DNA of 53,454 nucleotides, the filler included, from Jimgerdemannia flammicorona (Eukaryota), in assembly GCA_003990765.1 (NCBI GenBank). It is 3 parts of 3 records of this genome, joined end to end, with 100 filler letters (N's around TTAATTAATTAA, not from the genome) between each part and the next. Parts side by side here need not be neighbours in the genome. Positions count along the whole stretch, not along the records: positions 1 to 17,753 come from RBNJ01002422.1; 2 more parts are not named here. One strand, 5' to 3'. Positions 1 to 10,660 of this stretch are shown piece by piece. The notes below the pieces were generated by a model. It saw only the letters and a program-made list of their open reading frames with translations. It was not told the origin of the DNA and searched no databases. Positions within the stretch are counted from its first letter, which is position 1. Each line of letters begins with the position of its first letter. Position numbers and translations under genes: made by a program.

Positions 1-2679
1 TTCATGATTGTGGATATCCCTAAAGTCTGTAGCAAGTACTTCTTCATTCTGGTGCAGGATCTTGAGAAGTTGTTCCTCCAGGGGAAAGTTTTCTCCAATG
101 GTATATGTGTGCTTGTTCTGGTCCTTGTCTTTCTTGTGCTCAAGTTTTGTAATCTTGATAGTAGCATAGGCTCCTCTTCCAGTAGATCCAAAGCCTTGTT
201 CTCCTCTCTTGGTCTTGATGAGTTTGATGGCTTCTATGATCTTAGGCTTCTTGATTTCGTGGATCAGCATCTGGCCAATCCTGTCATGCTTCTTGACTTT
301 GAAGAGAGTGGTGTGGTTGTGATTTCTGACTATGAGGAAGATCTCACCAGTGTAATCAGGATCAATTACTCCTCCTTCAACTGAGATTTCACTTTTGGCC
401 AGACTGCTCCTGGTCTTGATAATTCTGGCATGGTTTTCCGATAACTTGACTTCAATTCCAGTGCCAAGTAGGGTGGTGGTCTGTGGTTTGAGAGTAGCAT
501 CTTGAATGCTGGCAAGGTCCATTCCTATGGCTCCTTCAGTCTTGTATTCAGGGATCTTGGCTTCAGGGTGAAACTTCTTGACCTTGAGGGTGATGTCTGA
601 TTCTTGTTCCTCCTCATCATCACTATCAGCTTGAAGCTCTGGGGGCTTGTCATCTTCTTTGGCTTTCCTTTTTGCTTCAGCGGCTTCTTGCTCATATTTC
701 TGTTGGCAGATTTTCCTGACTTCACTGATACAGAACCAGCAGTCATTCAGGTGTTCGGAGCAGTACATTCTAGTACCATGGGGGCATCTTCCTTGAGGGG
801 CATACCCATCAATGATCTTGTTATACCACTGCTAATCTGTAAGCTTGGGTGTCTTGTTCTTGTTCTTGTTCACTGAGTGCATGAAGACCTCCATGTCCTC
901 TTCATCTCCTTCCTCCATGTCTGGTAGGACGCCTTTGTGGACATTGATAGAGACTTGTACCTTTCTTCCACTGTAGTTGATCTGCATCTTCTGAGCATTG
1001 AGGTCAATGATGACCTTAGCCTTGTGAAGCCATTGATTGCCAATGAGAATATCATAGTTGGTGGTGCTTATAACAATCATATCTACTGGAATGGTTGCTC
1101 CTCCTATCTTGATGGGGACTTCTTGGATTTTGCCAAGGAGGATAGCTCATGTATTATCTGCTGTGACATAGACCATCTTGGTAGACTCTTGAATGTCCCA
1201 ACCTAGGCAATCAATTGTCTTCTTGCTCATAAGGCATCCTCTAGCACTAGTATCAATGATGGCATCAAAGATACAATCTTCAATCTGACATAGGGTATAG
1301 GCTGATATCTTGCACTGGTCTTCGGATTCTTCACCTGAGTTCACAGATTCTTCCTGTGCATTGTGAGCTTCTACAATCTTGTACTCTTGATTCTTGGTGG
1401 TAGTTGCAAGTCCTACTCTCAACTGCTGTCTGAAGGCAGGGACTTCAGCTAGCTGTCCAAAGGTAGTATTGATCTTCTATTCCTTAAGGTTCTTATAGAT
1501 ATCATATTGGTGGATCTTGGTCTTGTATAGCTTCTGTTCCTTCTTGCTTTCACTTTCTCCTGAGACTGGAGTAGTGTCTTCAATAATTTGGCAGGCAGCT
1601 TCATCTAACTCCATGTCTTGATCAATCTCCTTGGGTTGAGTCTTGCTTTGAATAGTAATAGCTGGGGTCTTCTTTAGTCTTCCAACTGGCTTTCTGTTAC
1701 TCTTCTTATCATAGGGCTTGGACTGGATTCTGGTACCTTCAGTAGCAGAGTAGAATTCAAGCTCCTCATAGTATTCTTCATCATCAGTGTCACTGATCTT
1801 CTTGATGACTACTGCATTGGTTTGTTCTCTAGTTCTACTAACATTACTTAGTTGGGCTTTGCATCTTGTTTTGGTCATGCAACTCTTTGCATAGTGGCCT
1901 TCTTCACATCTAAAGCATGTGATATTGTGTTCTTCTGTAGCAGCTGTAAATCTCTGCACTGGTCTCCTGTTGGCACTTCAGACTTCTCTAACAACATCAC
2001 CAAGGTGTACAGTCATCTCAGCAAACTGCTTGGCATGTTCCTCCACTGGGTCAGCTTTGGCTGTCTTGGGGGTAGGTGGGGTTGGTTGTCTGTTTACAAC
2101 TGTGGCAGATAAAATACTAGTTGGCATTGATGGCTCCATCTTGATGCCAGTTATTTTCTCCATTGAGTGTTCGGCAGGGTGTCTGGTAGTCCAATATCTC
2201 TGTGCAAAGACCACTTTCTGATCAAGGGTCAGTGCAGCTAGGGTAGACCAGATTGCTAGGGCACTTTCAGGGTGAACTCCTTTGAGGAAAGTTGAATCTA
2301 CTATTTGTTCCTTGAGGCGATCATCATAGCCAACCAGGACAATCTGGTTGCAGATTCGGGTATAGAATGAGTTGGGATCTTCACTAAGTCCCTGGCAGAT
2401 AGTATTGAGTTGATCCTTGAGAGCTTGCTTGATCTCTTTGGTATAATATGTTATTCTGAGGAAGACCTTCATATTGGCAAGTTTGGCTGCACCAGCATCA
2501 GCAATAGTGGCTACATTGAACTTATCTCTGACAGATCCCCTAAGGCTGACTGGTAGAAGGACCAATTGAGCATCCACACTAAGGACTCGTATGGTGGTGA
2601 ATTGTTCAAAGTCTTCAATGAAGGTCAGGATTGACTCTTCAGTAGTATATCTATAGAATGTGGGGGGATGCATTTCCAT
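1..2679 (-). pseudogene. gag-protease-dUTPase-(pol) polyprotein of family A, with stops/frameshift
   Basis: ORF pieces 1978-2679, 1477-1959, 1147-1422, 832-1080, plus an unlisted open frame 831->1 that has no stop before the window edge (hand-translated). Confidence 0.85.
178..591 (-). CDS. dUTPase domain, downstream of protease (family A)
   Basis: Hand translation: LKVKKFHPEAKIPEYKTEGAIGMDL..GTGIEV..KTRSSLAK..GGVIDPDYTGEIFLIV..DRIGQML..RGEQGFGSTG. All five trimeric dUTPase motifs, no stop. Confidence 0.93.
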
Positions 2680-2785
2680 CTTGTCTTGAATTCTTACAGG
2701 GGTGACTCTTGTAGTCAGGGTAGTTATTGTGGGTATTGTTTGTTTTTCAGCTTGAAAGTGAGGGATTCATCTTGAATCACCAGCC

Positions 2786-2796
2786 AATGGGTACCA
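2786..2796 (-). promoter_or_regulatory. primer-binding site of family A
   Basis: TGGTACCCATT 3 nt (ACT) inside the LTR terminal CA, the same spacing as in families B and C; tRNA not identified. Confidence 0.6.
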
Positions 2797-2799
2797 AGT

Positions 2800-4378
2800 T
2801 GTCATGTAATGGTCGCTGAGTCCTTCAAATATGCCAGATTCTCTTCAAGGTGTATCTCTTAGACTAACTTAAGTTTGTTATAAGCAAGTTCTTATTGGAG
2901 TACCTTCCCAAGATCTTATAGTCCTCAAACTTCTTATCTTTAACTATCTTATTATCTCTTAGATTGCTTATAAGGAAGTGTGTGTAGATGAAACCAGAAC
3001 TGACTTTATTTCAGAAGAAATAAGAGGGGTATTTATACAAAATATAATTCAATGGTTACTAAGATATAAAGCTAAATACATATAAATTCCAATAACTAAA
3101 ACTACTAAGTTCCAGGGTCGGCACTGATAGTTGTACAGGTTCAGGATGCTGGTATTATCTAGTGTCACATCAAAATGCCAATGCTGGAACAATTTCGCAT
3201 CACCTCAGAATACAGTGCTGGCATTATCCAGTGTTATATAAGAATACCAGTGCTGGCATTATCCAGTGTTACATGAGAATACTGGTGCTGATGTTATCCA
3301 GTGTAACAAAGAACTTAGAGCAGAAAGTTCAGGACCATGGGGGCTTTGTCCTCATCATCATCATCATCACTGAAGGAGATGAGATCTGCGAATTTGTCAT
3401 ACAGGTCGTGCATCTCACATATGTTGAAGTTGTGCGGGATGACATCATCTCCGATGACATCATCTCATTTGGTGGGGAAATCAGGAACAAGATCTGGAGC
3501 TCTCCAGTCTATGAGGTTCTCTTCCACAAAATAGGGAACAAATGTGAGGTCTTGGGGAGATCTAACCTGGATGCTTGGGCCTTGGAATACTGAGATCAAT
3601 CCTTGCAGAAATTGGTCTGGGTTGTCCTGAAGGATAGGATGCCAGAAGTCTTCTACTTCTTTGCTGTTGAGAGTGATAGTAGACTGGGCTTCTGTAGCCA
3701 CCCTGGCTTCTAGCACATTGATATGGTGGGATGATAGGTCTCTGAAGTCTGAGACTCTAACATACTCCAAGTTGGGGATTGATCATGGTACATGTCTGAA
3801 GATCTGATGGATCTTCTTAGCTGTCCTTGTTTTGCATATATCCATGGAAGTGGCATCTTATAGCTCTTGAGTGCTGGCCTGTGGGATCTCCCAGTAGAGG
3901 AGGTTTCCTATTTCATACTCCTGCCACATTTGGAGGCATTTGATAGTAATAGTGATCCTTGTTTCCATTTCACAGCAATAGAGAATAAAGTGATAAGAGT
4001 CTGCAGTACCCAGGTTGACACTAGGAGTCCTTCTTGAGCAGGTCCCCATGGCTCTTCTGATGTCTTGGAACATCCTTTCCTCAACCAAGATACCTTGGTG
4101 ATTCCTTGACCTTGAGGTTTGGTGGGCAGCAGGCATTTCATTTGTGTTAAGTCTTTGAGCTATTTTGGGATTGGTGGTTCTTGTTAGTTGCTGCTACTGC
4201 AGTTCCTTGATCCTTCTTTTATATTCTTCAGGATGCTTGTACTGTGGTCACAATGACTCACAGTTGGTCATCATTGCTTGTCTCATATGCTGTATAATCT
4301 TCTTGTGCTCCAATCTGGTGGCTTGCAAGGAAAGGCTGTCTTCTGTGCTGATGTCATCATTCTGGGGTCACCATTATA
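2800..4378 (-). repeat. family A 5' LTR (~1.58 kb)
   Basis: Co-linear with 41976-43522 and 25074-26010. Ends T(G/A)TAA..GACA; contains TGTATAAATACCCC, AATAAA and ~5 tandem copies of a TGCTGGCATTATCCAGTG unit (3140-3305). Confidence 0.9.
3315..4136 (-). pseudogene. LTR-encoded accessory protein, family A copy 1 (~273 codons, internal stops)
   Basis: MPAAHQ..WQEYEIGNLL..RTAKKIHQIFRHVP..PILQDNPDQFLQGLISVFQGPSI..FADLISFSDDD..LNFLL* in one frame. Confidence 0.8.
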
Positions 4379-4469
4379 GTATCTAAAGTCTTGGTTAGAT
4401 GCAGGCCACTAAAATTGAGTAAGTTCTATAGTATTAAACAAAAAGAGTCACAATTTGTGCAAACACCTC

Positions 4470-5109
4470 TCTTCTGTACAATTCACATTACACCAATCTC
4501 AAGCAATGGTTTTTGACATAACTTGGAGAAAAGGTATTATAAAAATATCATTGAGCAAGTATTCTGATGAGTATGCTGGGTCAGGTAGACCTGGGGCTTT
4601 CAGCTGGCAGAATGTTGAGAGGGGTTATGGCCTGGGGATGAGGGTCTTTGGAGGGTCGAAGGGTGGCAAGGGCTCTGGAGATAGACCAGTATCTGGTGGC
4701 AATAGGAGGAGGCCAGGCCCCCCAAGTTTTGTGGATAAGGTGAAGGGGAGTGCATGGCTGGCTGGATCTAGGGCTGGTGCTGCTGTGGGGAAAGACAAGG
4801 AGAGCCTAGAGAGGGGGGGAGGTACTCAGGTAGAGGATGCAAGCATAGGTGCTGGAGGTGCTGTGGCTGGGGGAGAGACTGCTGATGGTGGTGTGACAGA
4901 CAATCAGAAAAAAAAAAGAGATGTGATGGTTGATAGAGGTGTGGTGCAGGGGTTCCCAATTTGGAAGGGGGATCTGACTGATAGTATAACTTGGCTGGCA
5001 GTGGCACCATTACTCAGGAAATTGATCTCAGAGTTTGCAGTGACACTGTGCTTCTGAGGCTTGGTAGTGACAGTGAGGATGGTCTTGGGGCTTATCTGGC
5101 TGGGGCTGT

Positions 5110-5110
<1 letters not shown>
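4470..5110. repeat. unclassified interspersed repeat (second copy ~17400-17753)
   Basis: ACAATTCA..ACTTGGAGAAAAGGTATTATAAAAATATCAT..GACCTGGGGCTTTCAGCTGGCAGAATG..CTAGAGAGGGGGG occurs at both places. Confidence 0.7.
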
Positions 5111-5112
<2 letters not shown>

Positions 5113-5145
<33 letters not shown>

Positions 5146-8100
5146 CACTTGGACTCCGCCATTTATTACTAGTCTATTGTTAAATATACAGTCTTCCTCC
5201 TACTACCCAATCCCCATAGGGGGGCCTCTCCCCATCCTGACCCAAGCAAAGACCAACTTCTCCCCAACTACTCCCACTCTTTCCCCACTCTGCCTACAAA
5301 TTTTCTCCACTAGTTTACATCTCTGAACCCTCTGCATCCCCCAACTGAGCCACCAGCCAGTCAAGATATCCTCTATAAGACTATGCTACTATTGCAGCCA
5401 GACCTCCAAGCCCAGTCTCCTCTCATCTTCAAATACAAATAGCCAGTGACTGGCCAACCCTACCCAAATGGCCAGTACCCAGCCTAGCATGAGCCATTCC
5501 TTTCTCACTCCCCCCACTAGTCTGTCTCTCAAATCCTCCCACCACCCCCACATACCTGATCCCCTGCCCCTCACCCCCAAATAATCCCCAACAGATTGCC
5601 AAAAGTCACTAAGTACCTCACACTCTCTTAGCCAATGTTCCGGCATCTGTATATAACCCCCTTCCTGGCCTATATTATAGCATTCCTCACAGTCAAAACA
5701 ACCCCCCTCGACAAGGTGACCTGGGCAGTAATTGAGCATGACATTCCTCCTCAATATGTACCACCAGATCACCCAATATGTTCAGCACTCCATGCCCAAA
5801 TGCTCCACCAGTCTCACCCCTCACCAATTCCTACACCTTGCCAACCACTGGGCCACAGATCCTGACCTGGTCCCCTCTAGCAGTCTATCCCATCACTACT
5901 GTCAAACTCAAGCAATGGGACTCTGCCTAGTAGCACCCAGTCCTATCACCACATCTCTGGGTCCCAATCCTCCTCTCTTTCATTACCCTGCCAACAGATC
6001 CCGATGTGGTGTGCCCCCTCTACTATCCCCTACTAGAAGCCTTTAAATCACAATTGAGTAGTATTCTGAAGTCCAACCAAAGATAGAAGATCACTAGTTG
6101 AACTTCTAGATATAGACTGCCTCTTCCCAACCTTCTGCAATAGGGGAACCAACCACCCCCTCTCAATTCCATAGCTCTCTTCAATCACCAAACCCTCAAG
6201 CAGTGTAGCCTCTTTGGAAAGTCCACCAGTCCTAGTCTGCCACTTGCCACTGGTAGGAACAAGACCTTCCAGCTTATCTGACTCCTCCTTCCAGCCCAGA
6301 TCCAACCCTTGGCAAGCTTCATCAGCCTCTTCACCACCCAGGATGGGAAGTCCAGATGGTATGCCAGATATGTACCACAGCTTTGATAGCCAGTAGATGT
6401 TCAAAATTATAACACACCCCACTAGAGATAATTGACAGCCCCCCCTGCTCGGTAGGGTCTCCCCCCAGATGCCAACCTGCTGCTCCTACCAAAGCCTGGG
6501 TAGTACTGACCCATATACTGAAAGATAGATACCCAAGTACCACACTGCCTTACCAGTCAGGACAATTGTTCCAATAACCTCCCCACCCACCAGACCATTG
6601 CCTAACACCATCGTTTCACACTTATGCCAGTTATGTCTTGCTCCAGAGTTCTCCTCATACTACTCCACTATCTCCTTAAGCTCCTCAACATCAGTAATTG
6701 ATCCCAGTCTGATCACTATGTCATCTGCAAAGGCCCCCCACCTTCCACTCAATGCCAAAGATAGAGAGCCCCACTATCTTCCATCTGATTCTATCCAGTA
6801 GCAGTTTCAGGGAAAGGGCATACAAAATGGGAGACAATGGGTCCCTCTGGGGCACCCCCCTGCCCAAGGGAAAAGCCACCCCTCGATGTATATTACATAT
6901 GATCGCCACCCTACTCACTTCCAGTAGACTGACCATTGCTGACTGGAACTGGTGTGGGACCTCAGCCCTATCCAAAACTTTCACCAGCCAGACTCATCTC
7001 TCCTGGTCATAAGCCTTCTCCTGGTCCAAGAAGACTAGATGCCCATCCAATCCACAAGCCTGTGCCTCTTCAATAACACCATGCACTCAGGCTGTACCAT
7101 CCCTAATAAGCCATTCCCCTACAAAGCCCCTCTGCTCAATACTCAAGATTTGCTGTGCCACCTTTTGTAGCCTTGCAACCACTACCTTAGTAACCAACTT
7201 CCTATCCATATCCAAGAGCATAATTAGCCTCCAGTTCTTTCAGTCCTCTCACCTTTCTTTGTTCTTATAGAGCAATGTCACAAACCCCAGATCCTGCTCC
7301 CCCACCAATCTCCCTGTCTGTAGAATAAGATCACACAATGCCATCATCTCCCCCAGTACTTCTGGGATCCCAATCATCTTCTTCCAAAAATCCCAGAGCA
7401 GACCATCTTCTCCAGGTGCTGTATCCGAGGTTGTCACAGAAAGAACCTGGTGGATCTCCTCCTCTTGGACTGGCAATACCAAGTCACCCATCCCATCTAC
7501 TTGTGGGAGTTGCCAATCTTCTAATACATGACCAATCACATCAGCATCTACCCCACCCTCCTCCTCACTCCACAATCTACTCCAGTGCTCCTTTGATGAT
7601 CCAAGAATGTCTTGAATACCATGGACCAGGACACCATCAGAATTGAGCACCTCCTCTCACCTTTGTTGTATCCTCCTAGCCCAAAGGGCCCTTGTGAGGA
7701 ACTTAGAGGGCCTCTCTCCTTCTTCCAAACTCTGCCACCATAGCCTAGCTGCTAAGCCCTTCACTCTTGCTTCCTCCTCCTCTCGCAGCACCTATTGTAG
7801 TTCACCAACCTCCTTTTTCACTCTTATGGACCTCCAATTCTCCTCCACCTCCAATATCACCAGTCTCGCTCAATCTCCTAAGAGCCTAGACAGTCTACTA
7901 GAGGCCCATCTCACTTTCCACCTCCTCTGTTTCCCAGCCTCCTTACCCGCCCCACTCCAGTATGTCTTGGCCATCTCCTTCATTCTCATCTACCAAATAC
8001 CAACTGGGGTACCTTCCTGCCTCCAATCTGCTATCTGTAGTTGAATGTCCACAGCCCACCTGTCCCATCAAATTCTATCATCTAACAAGGAGGAATTGAG

Positions 8101-8183
8101 GTGCCAATGTCCAGGCCCATCCCTACTTCCCCCAAACTGACCCTGTCCAAGAATCTCCCAGTGATCTGACCAAGGACACCATT
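5113..8183 (-). mobile_element. non-LTR retrotransposon (L1/Tx1-like LINE) ORF2 remnant with poly(A) tail
   Basis: T28 run at 5113-5140. Minus-strand motifs: endonuclease end WSDH..WHLNSSLL, RT APGEDGL..FWK, LLDQEKAYD, GVPQRDPLSP, AFADD, C-terminal EHWLREC. Cut at 8183 by element B. Confidence 0.88.
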
Positions 8184-8984
8184 TGTAATAACTCTCACTT
8201 CTATCCCTCTCTTATCCTTAGGATAATTAGGGAAGTGGACTATTACTTAGGGACTTAGTACACAATGTGTACCAAGAAGCCTTCAGTTTGAGAAAGCACT
8301 CACTTAAAGTAGTTGTAGCGGTAGTGTCTTATCTTTCAAAGGTCTTTCTGGTTTGCCTTCTGTTTCAAAGATCTTTCTCTTGTGCCCTATTTCGAGAGTC
8401 TTGTTCTTTGCTGTGCACAGACTGAATTTGCCTTGGAATTCAGGTTCAATGGGTTTACTTAAGTCTTTGGGGATATATATACTGGTCTCAGTTCTGGCAG
8501 AAGTTAGCTAGGCTTCTGGAGTTTAGTCAGAAACACTAGAGTCACTTAGATGTCATTACTAAGACTCAGGGGAATGTGTGTGTGTGGGGGGACTTAATTC
8601 TTGTATCAAGGACTGAACTAAAACTGCTTTATTTCAGATAGAAAACTGGGGGGTATTTATACAAGTTGGTCCGCGATTTCTGACTAAGTATGAGTGACTA
8701 ATTTGGTAACTATAATGAGGTTTGTGATTGCGACCTTTATCAGGTGGTTTTTGGTAAAAACAACTTTGTGATCAGGACCTCAATTACTAGGCAATGATCA
8801 ACTGCTGTGGCAACTGTTGCTGCGGCGCTGATTGTTGGGGATAAGCTGGATATCATTTTCCACATTATTTCACATTGTTCATCATTTATATATTGTGCTT
8901 CATTCATATGATGATGTCATTGCTCACCGGGTCACATGATCGCTTGTTGTTCATCATGTCCCATCTGTTTATTATTCTATTACA
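8184..8984 (-). repeat. family B 3' LTR (801 bp)
   Basis: TGTAATA...TATTACA ends, direct repeat of 16518-17328, abuts the PPT. Confidence 0.92.
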
Positions 8985-8997
8985 TCCTTCCCCCCTT
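8985..8997 (-). promoter_or_regulatory. polypurine tract, family B
   Basis: AAGGGGGGAAGGA immediately 5' of the LTR TG on the minus strand. Confidence 0.9.
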
Positions 8998-9805
8998 AGA
9001 AATCAACATCCTCATTGATTGAGAAATTGAGAACCAGGGGAGAGAAAGGTGGGGAATCGTCCTCAGGGGCAGGGGGGGTGGTTGTTGCTGATGGCTCACT
9101 GTCTAGGATGGAGAAGTCAATGAGGTCTGCAAATGGTTCTTGCATTGGAATAGGTGCTAGTGTAGGGGTTCTCCATCTGATGTGGTTGGGGCCATCCAAG
9201 TAGGGCTCTTGATCTTCATGCCTGGGAATATCCATTCGGATAGGTGGTCCTTCAAAGAGGTCAGAGAGGCCTTGGAGTCATTGGTCGGGGTTGTCATTCA
9301 GGAGGGGGCTCCAGTAGGGTTCACAGTCAGTAGACTTGAGGGTAATCCAGGAGTTGGCTTCTTGGGTGACCTTGACTTCTAGGGCATTGACCTCAGAGAA
9401 AGAGAGGTTCTGGAAGTCCTTCAGTTGAATGTAGTTGAGATTGGAGATCGCGAAGGGTGCATGGTATATGATTTGATAGACCTTCTTGGCAAGTCTTTGC
9501 TCGTGCCTATCTAGGTGAGTCCAGTCAGAGACTTGGTCTGTGGGTAGGCCACTTGTATGTTGGAGAAGCTGGTGACTGATTTCATATTCGTGCCAGATTT
9601 CTAGGTGGCTGGTAGCAAGGTAGGCCCTTTCAATAAGTTCATGGCAGTCAAGGACATACTGTCCTAGGTCTGGGCTGGAGAGGTTAAGGGCCTCTGAGTG
9701 GCAGTTCCTTCCTTGGATAGCAACCTGGATGTGTCCAAAGAGGCGGTCAACCTGGCTTGGGAGGGGCTGGCTATGGCAGGCAGTTTGGCAGTGGGTGGCA
9801 GGCAT
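8996..9805 (-). pseudogene. accessory protein at env position, family B (~269 codons, one TGA)
   Basis: ORFs 9278-9886 and 8996-9235 are one frame split by a TGA: MPATHC..WHEYEISHQL..RLAKKVYQII..PLLNDNPDQ*LQGLSDLFEGPPI..FADLIDFS..LNFS. The stop codon overlaps the PPT. Confidence 0.85.
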
Positions 9806-9866
9806 TCTTGTCTTGTCTTTTCTTTGTAAGGAAAGGGGGATGAGAGTTGCGGAGTATTCTTGCCTT

Positions 9867-9878
9867 GGGTATTTATAC
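9867..9878 (-). promoter_or_regulatory. internal TATA box upstream of the family B accessory ORF
   Basis: GTATAAATACCC, identical to the TATA core of the B LTR, ~62-73 nt before the ATG at 9805. Confidence 0.6.
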
Positions 9879-10479
9879 TTATTCACCCATCTGATGTGAC
9901 CTTCCTTTGGTCATGCTTTCTGGCAAAATGCATGACCTGTGCTGTAAGCAGAGCATGTGCTGGTCACATGAGGAAATCCTGATTTCAAAGATCTCGTCAC
10001 CTGTCTGTGGTTACACAGGGTTAACAGGTCTTGGTCCACTTTTTTTTTATCTGGCTAATGCATTTGCGAGGACTGGCCATCCTTGTCTAGGGTGAGGGCT
10101 CCCATTGTCATGGCTGGGGGTTCGAACCTCTCAGAAATAGACTTTTCTTGTAATCTGAGGCAATTCCTAGTAACAATATCTGTCATATAGATGGACTTAG
10201 ACTGGTTTCGACATTGTTGGCTTTCCTAAGTTTCACATGAAGCGTCTGTCATCATCCAGTGGAGATGATACAGATGGCATGAAATGGAGTTGTTCAAATG
10301 TGTTTTGCTGTACTGTACTAGATTGTTCTTTTGCTCAGATATCTTCTTGTTAGTTATCCATAGTGTTCCTTTTTTTGCAATGTTTGGTATTATATGTTTC
10401 CAGATAAAAATATGTGGTATCCTTCTGCTCACTGTGTGCTCCTATACTTAGAGCTGTAGTTCCTTCCTTTGCTGGGGGG

Positions 10480-10660
10480 TGAGTGTTTCCATGTAGTCCT
10501 GGAGGGCTTCGCATGCATTCTTCAGGGCTTCTTCTTTTTCCCAGATGGCATCATGGGTGGGGTAACCCTTCCACTTGATCAGGAAAAAGCGCTTGACTGT
10601 TTTGGGATATTTGCAGACCTTGTGGTCAAGTACTTCCTCAATTTCGAATTCCTCATGATC
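10480..10660 (-). other. chromodomain at integrase C-terminus (family B)
   Basis: EEFEIEEVLDHK..FLIKWKGYPTHDAIWEKEEAL. Confidence 0.9.

Larger units (their letters stand above)
1..4378 (-). mobile_element. Ty3/Gypsy LTR retrotransposon, family A (5' LTR, PBS, gag, protease, dUTPase; runs off window edge)
   Basis: Minus-strand LTR ends ..CA followed by ACT-TGGTACCC (PBS). Then a gag-like ORF (HPPTF..LPVSLRG..Q..EDPNSFYTR), a decayed CCHC knuckle CFRCEEGHYAKSC, aspartic protease AIIDTSA..YDILIGNQWL and dUTPase. Confidence 0.9.

Noticed and set aside
4..1206. Plus-strand hydrophobic ORFs (4-384, 604-876, 937-1206) and similar antisense ORFs over B and C
   Set aside because: Shadows of A-rich retroelement coding strands.
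4455..5057. 200-aa Gly-rich ORF
   Set aside because: G-rich strand of an unclassified repeat; no motif, and the second copy has stops in the upstream part.
8996..9886. Calling the extra ORF env
   Set aside because: No signal peptide, furin site or transmembrane segment visible; tail is acidic.
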